Below are positions 44,496 through 53,778 of a DNA stretch of 57,315 nt, in pieces. The notes under the pieces were generated by a model, which was not told where the DNA came from, did not search any database, and worked only from the letters and a program-made list of their open reading frames with translations. Origin of the DNA: Eubacteriales bacterium (lineage in GTDB: Bacteria > Bacillota > Clostridia > Oscillospirales > JAAYXM01); NCBI GenBank assembly GCA_045636205.1, contig JAZTXE010000058.1, positions 1 through 57,315 of the forward strand, in the 5' to 3' direction. Position numbers and translations under genes: made by a program. Numbering within the stretch: the stretch's first letter is position 1; every line of letters begins with the position of its first letter.

Positions 44496-45662
44496 ATGCC
44501 ATTTGAGTTGGATGCTGAGCGCGAAACAGTTGTTTCCATTAAAGTTATCGGAGCGGGCGGCGGAGGAAGTAATGCGGTTAACCGTATGATTACCTCAGGC
44601 GTTCGTGGTGTAGAGTTTATTGCAGTTAATACTGACAGACAGGCACTGCATGCGTCTAATGCTACATATAAAGTGCAGATTGGTGAAAAGGTCACCAAAG
44701 GTCTTGGCGCAGGAAGTGACCCGGAAGTAGGTCGTAAAGCTGCAGAGGAGAGTCGCGATGCGATAAAGAAGGTTCTTGAGGGAACCGATATGGCATTTGT
44801 CACCGCAGGTATGGGTGGCGGTACCGGTACAGGTGCAGCACCGATTATTGCGGATTTAGCACGCGAAATGGGAATACTCACCGTAGGTGTTGTAACTCGC
44901 CCGTTTAAGTTTGAAGGAAAGCTCCGTGAGCAGCGCGCTGAGGACGGTATTGAAATGCTTCGCAATAAGGTTGACTCATTGGTCATCATACCCAATGAGC
45001 GTCTTAAATACGTTTCTGAGCAGCGCATAACCATGTTCAATGCATTCGAAGTTGCAGACGATGTTCTGCGTCAGGCAATTCAGAGTATTTCTGAGCTTAT
45101 AAACGTGCGCGGTCTTATTAACTTGGACTTTGCAGACGTAACCACAATTATGAAGGATGCAGGATACGCCCACATGGGTGTCGGCCGTGCTTCCGGCAAG
45201 GACAAGGCATCAGAGGCGGCGAATATGGCAATTCAGAGCCCGCTGCTTGAGACATCCATCAACGGTGCACGCGGCGTTATCATCAACTTCACCTGCTCTC
45301 AGGATATTGGACTTGAAGAGGTTGAGACTGCTGCAGAGATGGTACGTGAGGCGGCGCATCCGGATGCAAACATCATCTTCGGTGTTGCGTTTGACCAGGA
45401 ATTGGATGATGAAATCCGCGTAACGGTTATTGCTACAGGCTTTGAAGCTGAGCCGATAACTCCGGTTCCGACTGCAGCACCTGCTGCGGTTGAGGAGAAG
45501 AAGGCTCCGGTGCTTACTCCGATTGAGGAGAACGTTACCATTGAGTCTCTGCTTGAGCAGCAAGAGGAGGCGCAGGTCAAGGTTGAGGACACGAATGACA
45601 ACAGCCTGGCTGACGATTTCCAGACCATTATTGAGATGTTCAATAAGCGCGATAACAGATAA
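44496..45662 (+). CDS. ftsZ: Cell division GTPase FtsZ
   Basis: IKVIGAGGGGSNAVNRM, GLGAGSDP, GMGGGTGTGAAP (tubulin signature), and a C-terminal disordered linker plus a conserved tail. GGGAGG lies 9 nt before the ATG at 44496. Confidence 0.97.
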   Translation: MPFELDAERETVVSIKVIGAGGGGSNAVNRMITSGVRGVEFIAVNTDRQALHASNATYKVQIGEKVTKGLGAGSDPEVGRKAAEESRDAIKKVLEGTDMAFVTAGMGGGTGTGAAPIIADLAREMGILTVGVVTRPFKFEGKLREQRAEDGIEMLRNKVDSLVIIPNERLKYVSEQRITMFNAFEVADDVLRQAIQSISELINVRGLINLDFADVTTIMKDAGYAHMGVGRASGKDKASEAANMAIQSPLLETSINGARGVIINFTCSQDIGLEEVETAAEMVREAAHPDANIIFGVAFDQELDDEIRVTVIATGFEAEPITPVPTAAPAAVEEKKAPVLTPIEENVTIESLLEQQEEAQVKVEDTNDNSLADDFQTIIEMFNKRDNR

Positions 45663-45674
45663 AAAACGAGCAAA

Positions 45675-45720
45675 AAAGAAAAGTGCTGAATGTGATAAAC
45701 ATTCAGCACTTTTCTTTTCG
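45675..45720. terminator. Bidirectional terminator between convergent ftsZ and purL
   Basis: 18-bp stem AAAGAAAAGTGCTGAATG / CATTCAGCACTTTTCTTT (45675-45692 / 45700-45717), flanked by A and T runs. A second hairpin, ATGCCGAGG...CCTCGGCAT, is at 45732-45760. Confidence 0.8.
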
Positions 45721-45776
45721 TTATGCAATAATGCCGAGGGCTCTCAGAGTCCTCGGCATCTATAATATGTTTTCTA

Positions 45777-48700
45777 TTATTTAAAGTACTCTACGCCGCC
45801 CTCAAACAACGGTTGGAATTTAGCACCGTAGATATTCTTCGCAACATCTCGGCTCCAACGTTCGGAATGTCCCATCTTGCCGAGTACGCGTCCATCCGGT
45901 GAGGTGATGCCTTCAATCGCCCACATCGAGCCATTTAAATTTCCTTCAATCGCCGAGGATGCGTCCCCGTCAGGTGTCACGTACTGCGTTGCAATCTGAC
46001 CGTTTTCCGCGAGGGATTTGAGCACATCTTCAGGTGCTACAAATCTTCCCTCGCCGTGAGACATCGGGATAGCAAAAACATCGCCGACGTTACACTTTGA
46101 AAGCCACGGTGAACGGTTTGACGCTACAGCAGTATATGCATAGCGTGATTGATGTCGTCCGATAAGGTTAAAGGTAAGGGTCGGGCACTCGTCTGTCATG
46201 GGTCTTATTTCGCCAAACGGTACAAGTCCCAGCTTAACCAATGCCTGGAAGCCGTTGCAGATACCCAGAGCAAGACCGTCCTGCTCACGAAGCAGCTTAT
46301 GAACCGCTTCCATAGCTGCAGGATTGCGCAGGAAGGATGCGATGAACTTACCCGAGCCGTCCGGCTCGTCGCCACCTGAGAAGCCACCCGGCAGAACAAG
46401 CATCTGCGCAGATGAGAGAGCTTTTGCAAATGCGTCTACCGACTCCTCGAGATTCTTTTTATTTAAGTTGCGTATTACAATTATCTCTGCACTGCCGCCG
46501 GCGCGTTCAACCGCACGCGCTGTATCGTACTCGCAGTTTGTGCCCGGGAATACAGGTATAACCGCCTTCGGCTTTGCAAAGGTATCTTTGCAGTGATTTA
46601 AAATCTTTGCACCGCATTTGGTTGCAACAGATGCAGTACCTTCTGCTGCGCGTGTCGGGAATACCGGCTCAAAGACAGATTCCCAAATATCTTTAAGCTC
46701 TGAGATTGCCACAGGCGCATCGCCGAGTGAAATCTCCTTTTTATCGGTCGTGTAACCGATGAGCAATCCGCCGTCAACCTCGCCTGCGCATTCTGCAATA
46801 ATTGCGCCGTAGTTTAATTCAAAGAACAGGTCGCCTGAAACTCCCGCCTGAGCGGTAAAGCCAATGTCATTACCCATGCTCATTTTGAGGATGCCCTCAG
46901 CTGCGCCGCCCGCAGTGAGTGCCCATGCTGAGAGAATCTTGCCCTGCTCGTGGAGCTTGCGGAAGCTATCCCAATTCTTTTTAACCTCGGCAAATGAGAT
47001 ATTCTCCTCACCGTGGTCGGGTGCAAACATATACACGGGGTTGCCCGCTGCTTTAAATTCTGGAGATATGACCTTCTCGGTTTTTTCCGGAGCGATTGCA
47101 AATGATACCAAAGTCGGCGGAACGTCCATATCCATAAACGAGCCGGACATAGAGTCCTTACCGCCTATAGCGCCGAGTCCGAGCTCTACCTGAGCCTTAA
47201 ATGCACCGAGAAGTGCCGCGAAGGGCTTGCCCCAACGCACAGCATCCTCGCGCAGGCGCTCAAAGTATTCTTGGAAAGTAAGATACGCTTTGCGGTAATC
47301 ACAGCCTGAGCTTACAAGCTTTGCGACTGACTCGACTACCGCGCACTCAGCAGCCGCAAACGGGTCCTTCTCGCTCATATACGGGTTAAAGCCGAATGCC
47401 ATTACCGAGCAGGTGTCCGTCTCACCGGAAAGAACCGGGAGCTTTGCCGCCATAGCCTGGGTGGGGGTCAGCTGATTTTTTCCGCCAAACGGATGCAGAA
47501 CGCTTGATGCACCTATGGATGCGTCAAATCTCTCACCGAGACCGCGCTGTGATGCGACATTTAAATCAGCCGACATAGCTTTAAGGCGCTCAGCCGGTGC
47601 TGCATTTGACTTCGTGGAGTATTTTTCCTCAACTTTATTTATTTTAGCTTTTGCATGCTTTTCTGCGCCGTTTGAGTTTAAAAACTCGCGCGAAATGTCA
47701 ACAATAGTCTTGCCGTTCCAACTCATACGCAGGCGCGGCTCTTCAGTTACCTCGGCGACTTGAACCGCTTCAAGGTTTTCCATTCCCGCAGCCTTTATAA
47801 ACGCATCCGCGTCTGACTTTGCAACGACTACCGCCATACGCTCCTGAGACTCGGAGATTGCAAGCTCAGTGCCGTCAAGTCCCTCATATTTCTTGGGAAC
47901 GCAATCAAGGTTTATCTTAAGTCCGTCAGCCAGCTCACCAATAGCGACTGACACGCCGCCTGCGCCAAAGTCATTGCAGCGCTTTATCATGCGCGTAACT
48001 TCCTTCTTGCGGAACAGGCGCTGAATCTTTCTCTCCTCAGGCGGATTACCCTTCTGAACCTCGGAGCCGCAATCGGAAAGTGACTCTAAGGTATGGGTTT
48101 TACTTGAACCGGTTGCACCGCCGCATCCGTCACGACCCGTACGTCCGCCAAGCAGGATTACAACATCGCCGGCCTCCGGACGTTCGCGGCGCACATTCTC
48201 CGCAGGTGCTGCGCCGACTACCGCGCCGATTTCCATGCGCTTTGCAACATATCCAGGATGATAGAACTCATGAACAAGACCCGTAGCCAAACCAATCTGG
48301 TTACCGTATGATGAATATCCGGCTGCAGCCGTCTGAGTAATCTTTCTCTGCGGAAGTTTTCCTTCCAGCGTTTCGGAAATCGGGGTGCGCGGGTCACCGC
48401 TTCCGGTAACACGCATTGCCTGATAAACATACGAACGTCCCGACAGCGGGTCACGTATTGCACCGCCCAGGCAAGTAGCTGCACCGCCAAACGGCTCAAT
48501 CTCAGTCGGGTGGTTGTGTGTTTCGTTTTTAAACATCAAAAGCCAATCCTGCTCCTCGCCGTTTACGTTGGCGGTAACATGGATGCTGCATGCATTTATT
48601 TCTTCGGATTCGTCAAGCTCTTTGAGTCCGCCGCGCTTCTTAAGAAGTTTAACCGCGCAGGTAGCGATGTCCATAAGCGTTACCGGGCGCTTGGATGCGA

Positions 48701-49496
48701 CTTCATCACCGTATATCTCACGGCGCGCATCTATATAGAGCTTGTACGCTTCTTTTACGCGCTCATCTTCAATGCTGACATCGTCAATATGTGTTCCGAA
48801 TGTGGTATGGCGGCAATGGTCAGACCAGTATGTGTCTATCATACGCACCTCGGTAATAGTTGGGTCGCGCTTCTCGGTATCGCGGAAATAGCTCTGCAGC
48901 AGACGCAGGTCATCCGAATCCATAGCAAGACCGTACTCACCCAAAAACGTAGCGAGTTCATCTTCAGAATAGGCGATAAATCCTGTAAGAGTTTCGACTG
49001 ACTCGGGAATTGCATAGCTCTCCTCAAGTGTTTCCGGCTTCTTTTCGGATGCCTGACGGCACTCGACCGGGTTAATCAGGTATCCGCTGATAATATCCAG
49101 ATCCTTGTCACTCAAGTTACCCATCAGGACATATACACGCGCGGCTCTTACCAGCGGTCGTCCCTGACATGTCATTATCTGCACGCACTGAGCGCATGAA
49201 TCCGCGCGCTGGTCGTACTGACCGGGCAGAGCCTCTACACAAAGGATGTTATATGCTCCGGAAATTTCCGGCAGATTTTCATCAAAGCAATCATCGCACT
49301 GCGGCTCGGAGAAGATGGTCGTGCGCGCTGCGCGGTAATCCTTCTCCTCTATACCTTGCACGTCATAGCGATTAAACAAGCGCAGACCTTCAAGCGAAGT
49401 GACGCCTAAATTCTCACGCAGCTCGTTTAAAAGGCCGCGCGCTTCAACATCAAAGCCCGGGCGTTTTTCGGTATAGCATCGGTAAACCCTGTTCAT
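45777..49496 (-). CDS. purL: Phosphoribosylformylglycinamidine synthase, single-chain (large PurL) type
   Basis: 1239 aa with an N-terminal PurS-like region, duplicated AIR-synthase-like FGAM domains (NHPTEIEPFGGAATC...), and a C-terminal glutaminase with LGICNGFQ and HGEGRF. Confidence 0.96.
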   Translation of the reverse strand: MNRVYRCYTEKRPGFDVEARGLLNELRENLGVTSLEGLRLFNRYDVQGIEEKDYRAARTTIFSEPQCDDCFDENLPEISGAYNILCVEALPGQYDQRADSCAQCVQIMTCQGRPLVRAARVYVLMGNLSDKDLDIISGYLINPVECRQASEKKPETLEESYAIPESVETLTGFIAYSEDELATFLGEYGLAMDSDDLRLLQSYFRDTEKRDPTITEVRMIDTYWSDHCRHTTFGTHIDDVSIEDERVKEAYKLYIDARREIYGDEVASKRPVTLMDIATCAVKLLKKRGGLKELDESEEINACSIHVTANVNGEEQDWLLMFKNETHNHPTEIEPFGGAATCLGGAIRDPLSGRSYVYQAMRVTGSGDPRTPISETLEGKLPQRKITQTAAAGYSSYGNQIGLATGLVHEFYHPGYVAKRMEIGAVVGAAPAENVRRERPEAGDVVILLGGRTGRDGCGGATGSSKTHTLESLSDCGSEVQKGNPPEERKIQRLFRKKEVTRMIKRCNDFGAGGVSVAIGELADGLKINLDCVPKKYEGLDGTELAISESQERMAVVVAKSDADAFIKAAGMENLEAVQVAEVTEEPRLRMSWNGKTIVDISREFLNSNGAEKHAKAKINKVEEKYSTKSNAAPAERLKAMSADLNVASQRGLGERFDASIGASSVLHPFGGKNQLTPTQAMAAKLPVLSGETDTCSVMAFGFNPYMSEKDPFAAAECAVVESVAKLVSSGCDYRKAYLTFQEYFERLREDAVRWGKPFAALLGAFKAQVELGLGAIGGKDSMSGSFMDMDVPPTLVSFAIAPEKTEKVISPEFKAAGNPVYMFAPDHGEENISFAEVKKNWDSFRKLHEQGKILSAWALTAGGAAEGILKMSMGNDIGFTAQAGVSGDLFFELNYGAIIAECAGEVDGGLLIGYTTDKKEISLGDAPVAISELKDIWESVFEPVFPTRAAEGTASVATKCGAKILNHCKDTFAKPKAVIPVFPGTNCEYDTARAVERAGGSAEIIVIRNLNKKNLEESVDAFAKALSSAQMLVLPGGFSGGDEPDGSGKFIASFLRNPAAMEAVHKLLREQDGLALGICNGFQALVKLGLVPFGEIRPMTDECPTLTFNLIGRHQSRYAYTAVASNRSPWLSKCNVGDVFAIPMSHGEGRFVAPEDVLKSLAENGQIATQYVTPDGDASSAIEGNLNGSMWAIEGITSPDGRVLGKMGHSERWSRDVAKNIYGAKFQPLFEGGVEYFK

Positions 49497-49894
49497 ATTT
49501 TTAATCCTCCAACCAAATTTACGATAGGAAATATTATATTACTTTATATTATATACAATAATCGCCGGATAGTAAAGAACGGTTTTGCAAATATTTAAGA
49601 TTAACTTTTAAAAAAAGCTATACAATTTAACTTAATTGCATTATAATATTCCATAACAAGACCCGCCCACAACTGCAGTTGCAATCACGGACGGGTTATA
49701 TAAAAGGCGCGTGAAAACCGCTGATTAAAAAGCATATAATCCCAATGGTCAGTTGTTAAACAGGGCATTTTGGCCGAAGCTTACGGCAAATTCGACTTGC
49801 GATATGTTTTCCAGCGCCTATATTCATTAGTATGTTTAAAAAACAAAATGTGTTACTCGCTTTTTTGCTTGTCACGTAAATGGAGGATTTTTCA

Positions 49895-50545
49895 ATGATT
49901 CAGATAGCACCGTCAATTTTATCAGCAGATTTTGCAAATTTGGAGGATGCGCTAAAAAAGCTCAAAGCTGCAGGTGCAGATATGGCGCATGTGGATGTTA
50001 TGGACGGGCATTTTGTGCCCAACATATCAATCGGCGCACCGGTGGTCTCAGCACTGCGCAAGGTAACTGACCTACCGTTGGACGTTCATCTAATGATAAC
50101 CAATCCGGATGTTTATCTGGATGATTTCATTCAGGCGGGCTCGGACTATATAACCATCCACCTTGAATGTGATGCAGATATTTCCGCAACACTTAAGAGA
50201 ATACGTGAAGCCGGCATCAAAGCTGCGCTATCTATAAAACCCGCAACACCGGTAGACGATGTGTGCGAGTATTTAGAGCTTTTGGATATGGTTCTTATAA
50301 TGTCGGTCGAGCCGGGCTTCGGCGGTCAGAAGTTCATCCCCGAATCGCTTGAAAAGCTGCGTGGCATGCGCACGCTGATTGACAAAATAAACCCCAACTG
50401 TCTTTTAGAAATCGACGGTGGCGTAACGCGCGAAAACGCAGGCGCGATAATTGACGCAGGCGCGGATATTTTAGTCGCGGGAAGCGCGGTTTTCGGCGCA
50501 CCCGATATGGCTGAGGCAATCTCCGGAATAAGAGCCGGAAAGTAA
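49895..50545 (+). CDS. rpe: Ribulose-phosphate 3-epimerase
   Basis: MIQIAPSILSADFANL start after GGAGGA. HVDVMDGHFVPN, VEPGFGGQKF and EIDGG motifs. Confidence 0.94.
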   Translation: MIQIAPSILSADFANLEDALKKLKAAGADMAHVDVMDGHFVPNISIGAPVVSALRKVTDLPLDVHLMITNPDVYLDDFIQAGSDYITIHLECDADISATLKRIREAGIKAALSIKPATPVDDVCEYLELLDMVLIMSVEPGFGGQKFIPESLEKLRGMRTLIDKINPNCLLEIDGGVTRENAGAIIDAGADILVAGSAVFGAPDMAEAISGIRAGK

Positions 50546-50566
50546 ACCCGAGGGAGGTCTTTCCAT

Positions 50567-52327
50567 ATGAATTCTGAGAACACCCGCCAAAAGCACAGTT
50601 TTCTCCAAGGTGCGCTTATTCTTACCGTCGCAGCACTCATCGTAAAGATTATCGGCGCGCTCTTTAAAATACCGTTAAACTACATCTTAGGCGGAGACGG
50701 CATGGGCTTTTTCAGCACCGCTTATGACCTTTATATGCCCATATATGTCCTCTCAAACGCAGGTCTTCCGGTAGCTATCGCGCGAGTCGTCGCTCAAAGC
50801 GCCGCGCAGGGTAATTACCGCGATGTTCGCAGGACACTTAAGCTTGCAAATCTTATTTTCTTCATAACCGGTACGCTTGGGTTTTGCATAATGTTCTTCG
50901 GCGCGCGCTTCTTTGTAAATACAATCGGCAACCCGGGCGCTTACCTTGCGGTTACCGCAATGGCACCCACGGTATTTTTTGTTTGCCTTACCTCTTCCTT
51001 CCGCGGATACTATGAGGGCTTGCAGAACATGTACCCAACCGCTATATCCCAGGTAGTCGAGGTTATTGCAAAACTCATTTTAGGCTTCGGTCTTTCCGCA
51101 TGGTTATATAACCACGGCATGTCAAGCTATGAAACCGCAGGAGTCGTATTTGGCAAAGCGTATCCCGATTTGGAATCTGCAAAAATTGCAGTCCTTCAGG
51201 TAGCTGCCGCCGGTGCAATCGCAGGTGTGGCTTTCGGCTCGCTTTTTGCCGCACTTTCGATATTCCTGCGCCACAAGCTTAAAGGCGACGGTATCACCAA
51301 AGACGAGCTCACCAAGCCGCAGGAGGACCATTCACGCAGATATATATTCAAACAGATAATAACCATTTCTATCCCGATTGCGCTGGGTTCATGTGTAAGC
51401 CAACTCACCGGTGTTATAGATTTATGGAGCGTCTTAAACCGCTTGCACGATGCCATCGCAACGGATTTCGGAACAATCTCCCGTATGTACGGCGATGCAA
51501 TTCCGCTTGGAAAAGCACTTGAGGACATCCCCAACTATTTAAACGGATGCTATAAGGGCATGGCAGTTACCATGTACAATCTTATCCCCACGTTCACGGT
51601 TGCCTTGGGTGTAAGCGCGCTTCCCCCGATAACCGTAGCTTGGGAAACCAAAAACCACCTTTCACTCAAGAGAAATATAGAGTCAGTTCTGCGTATGACT
51701 ATGCTTTTGGCTCTGCCGCTTGCGCTGGGAATGTCCTTTTTAAGTAATGAAATTCTAACGCTTCTCTTCTCATCACGCCCGAACGAAGTGGCAATCGCTA
51801 CCCCGCTTCTCTCGATTTTAGCGATAGCGGTTATTTTCTCCGCGGCGTGCTCACCTATAAACAGTATGCTTCAGGCGATAGGCCGCGCGGATTTGCCACT
51901 TAAGATAATGGCAGTATGCGCGGTAATCAAGCTCTCGACAAACTATATCCTGGTCGGCACACCGTCTATAAACATACGCGGTGCTGCAATAGGCACGCTT
52001 GTATGCTATGTTCTTATAATGACCATAAGCCTTTTCTTCCTTTTCAGGATAACCAAGATAAAACCCGACCTGGTTTCAATATTCCTAAAGCCCGGGCTCA
52101 GCGGTCTTCTATGCGGTCTTAGCGCATTTATAACATGCAGGCTCTTGCAGCAAATAGATGCTCTTCCCGCAAAACTTGCCACGGTCTGTGCGATATTAGT
52201 CGGCGGAATCGTCTATCTTGCCGCGCTCATTCTCCTGCGAGCAATAGGCGAGGATGATTTAAAAATGCTTCCAAAGAGCCAGAAGCTCATCTCGCTATAT
52301 AATAAGTTACCCGGAATAAAGAAATAA
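50567..52327 (+). CDS. MOP-superfamily flippase (MurJ/SpoVB-like polysaccharide or lipid II flippase)
   Basis: 586 aa, about 14 TM helices. The N-terminal FLQGALILTVAALIVKIIGALFKIPL...GDGMGFF... pattern is typical of SpoVB/MurJ-type proteins. Confidence 0.85.
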   Translation: MNSENTRQKHSFLQGALILTVAALIVKIIGALFKIPLNYILGGDGMGFFSTAYDLYMPIYVLSNAGLPVAIARVVAQSAAQGNYRDVRRTLKLANLIFFITGTLGFCIMFFGARFFVNTIGNPGAYLAVTAMAPTVFFVCLTSSFRGYYEGLQNMYPTAISQVVEVIAKLILGFGLSAWLYNHGMSSYETAGVVFGKAYPDLESAKIAVLQVAAAGAIAGVAFGSLFAALSIFLRHKLKGDGITKDELTKPQEDHSRRYIFKQIITISIPIALGSCVSQLTGVIDLWSVLNRLHDAIATDFGTISRMYGDAIPLGKALEDIPNYLNGCYKGMAVTMYNLIPTFTVALGVSALPPITVAWETKNHLSLKRNIESVLRMTMLLALPLALGMSFLSNEILTLLFSSRPNEVAIATPLLSILAIAVIFSAACSPINSMLQAIGRADLPLKIMAVCAVIKLSTNYILVGTPSINIRGAAIGTLVCYVLIMTISLFFLFRITKIKPDLVSIFLKPGLSGLLCGLSAFITCRLLQQIDALPAKLATVCAILVGGIVYLAALILLRAIGEDDLKMLPKSQKLISLYNKLPGIKK

Positions 52328-52335
52328 AAAAGCAT

Positions 52336-52368
52336 CATGACTACCGGCACTGCCGGTAGTCATGATTT
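52336..52368 (+). terminator. Terminator hairpin after the flippase gene
   Basis: 14-bp stem CATGACTACCGGCA / TGCCGGTAGTCATG (52336-52349 / 52351-52364), then ATTT. Confidence 0.65.
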
Positions 52369-52370
52369 CA

Positions 52371-52405
52371 TAGTAAAGAACCCGGCATCATCGTGATGCC
52401 GGGTT
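52371..52405 (-). terminator. Terminator hairpin after uxuA
   Basis: Stem AACCCGGCATCA / TGATGCCGGGTT (52379-52390 / 52394-52405). On the minus strand it is followed by CTTTACTA. Confidence 0.55.
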
Positions 52406-52420
52406 GAAAAATTTATGCTC

Positions 52421-53506
52421 TTATTTCTTGCCTTTGAGTCTGTCAAGCGTATCCCAAATACCGTGCATATACATGATACCCAGAGCGCGGTCATAGAGAC
52501 CGTAGCCGGGACGAACATTGCCGGGACCTTCATCCCAGAGGTGTCTGCCGTGGTCAGGACGGATATATCCTTCAAAGCCACAGTCATGATATGCCTTGAC
52601 TATTTCAAGAATACCGGTATCGCCGTCGCAATCGCGGTGGGATGCTTCGGAGAAGTCACCGTTGGGGAAGTTCTTGACGTTGCGAATATGAGCGAATGCG
52701 ATACGGTCGCAGTGCTTGCGCACAATTTCTGCAACGTTGTTGTCCGGATTTGCGCCGAGTGAGCCGGAGCAAAGGGTTAAGCAGTTATACGGATCGTCAA
52801 CCATCTTGAGGAAGCGGTCGATATTCTCCTCGTTAATGAGAAGGCGCGGAATACCGAAGATATCCCATGGTGGATCGTCCATATGTATAGCCATTTTAAT
52901 GTCACACTCGTGGCAGGTGGGCATAAGCGCCTCAAGGAAGTACTTGAGGTTTTCCCAAAGCTTCTCGTGGGTGATGCCTTCGTATGCCTTGAACAGCTCG
53001 TCAAGCTTTGCCATTCTTTCAGGCTCCCAACCCGGGAAGGACATATTGTACTTCTCGGTAAAGCCGAGGATGTAATCCGCCATCGCCTTATAGTCGTCCT
53101 GAATCATGTTCTTTTCATAATAGAGTGCGGTAGAACCGTCACCAATCTCATGGAAAAGATTGCTTCTTGTCCAGTCAAAAATCGGCATGAAGTTATAGCA
53201 GATAACTTTAACACCGTATTTTGCCAAGTTGCGAATGCACTGCTTGTAGTTTTCTATGTACTTATCTCTTGTGGGAAGACCGATTTTGATGTCATCATGA
53301 ACGTTTACGGATTCAACAACATCCATGTTAAAACCGTATTCGTCCAGCTGACGCTTGACTTCGGCAATCTCTTCTTCTTCCCATATTTCGCCCGGCATTT
53401 TGTGGTGAAGTGCCCAAACAATACCGTCAACGCCCGGGATTTGCTTGATATCGGAAAGGCTTATTTTGTCATTGCCTTCGCCGTACCAACGGAAGGTCAT
53501 TTTCAT
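52421..53506 (-). CDS. uxuA: Mannonate dehydratase
   Basis: MKMTFRWYGEGND start, the canonical UxuA N-terminus, 8 nt after AGGAG. TIM-barrel xylose-isomerase-like pattern throughout. The track start at 53584 adds 26 unsupported residues. Confidence 0.93.
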   Translation of the reverse strand: MKMTFRWYGEGNDKISLSDIKQIPGVDGIVWALHHKMPGEIWEEEEIAEVKRQLDEYGFNMDVVESVNVHDDIKIGLPTRDKYIENYKQCIRNLAKYGVKVICYNFMPIFDWTRSNLFHEIGDGSTALYYEKNMIQDDYKAMADYILGFTEKYNMSFPGWEPERMAKLDELFKAYEGITHEKLWENLKYFLEALMPTCHECDIKMAIHMDDPPWDIFGIPRLLINEENIDRFLKMVDDPYNCLTLCSGSLGANPDNNVAEIVRKHCDRIAFAHIRNVKNFPNGDFSEASHRDCDGDTGILEIVKAYHDCGFEGYIRPDHGRHLWDEGPGNVRPGYGLYDRALGIMYMHGIWDTLDRLKGKK

Positions 53507-53706
53507 GCGTATCGCTCCTTTACTATTTAATGTTTTGTGTTCTGTGCCTTTGCGTATTATATCATTCTTTTCGTGAAAAAGCAATGCACATTGATGAAGG
53601 AATGGATAAAAATAATAATTAATGTAGAATAGTGCAGGTTGTGCGGTGGTGGTTTAAAAAAACGAGATTTTTGTTAAAAATATGTCGAAAATCATCGAAA
53701 AAACGA

Positions 53707-53736
53707 TTTACAAGAAAAGTTATGAGAGTGTATAAT
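53707..53736 (+). promoter_or_regulatory. Candidate sigma-A promoter for the Ig-like secreted protein gene
   Basis: TTTACA (53707-53712), 18 nt, TATAAT (53731-53736). It lies inside the over-extended ORF-track start. Confidence 0.45.
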
Positions 53737-53778
53737 GGACGCAATGTTGTGTACTTAATATTGGAGTGTGATGACGGT

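Noticed and set aside
45777-49496. Single-chain 1239-aa PurL as an oddity for a Firmicute
   Set aside because: Bacilli split this enzyme into PurS/PurQ/PurL, but many Clostridia carry the fused large form. This is lineage-typical rather than novel.
49497-49894. Known purine-pathway riboswitches (guanine/adenine, ZTP/pfl, PRPP/ykkC-2b) upstream of purL
   Set aside because: I looked on both strands for the conserved cores: UAUAAU...GGAUAUGG...CUACC...GACUAUG for purine, ACUGGCG/CCGCCUGGGC for ZTP, and CUAGGGUUCCG for ykkC. I found none. The structure is therefore reported as unassigned rather than called.
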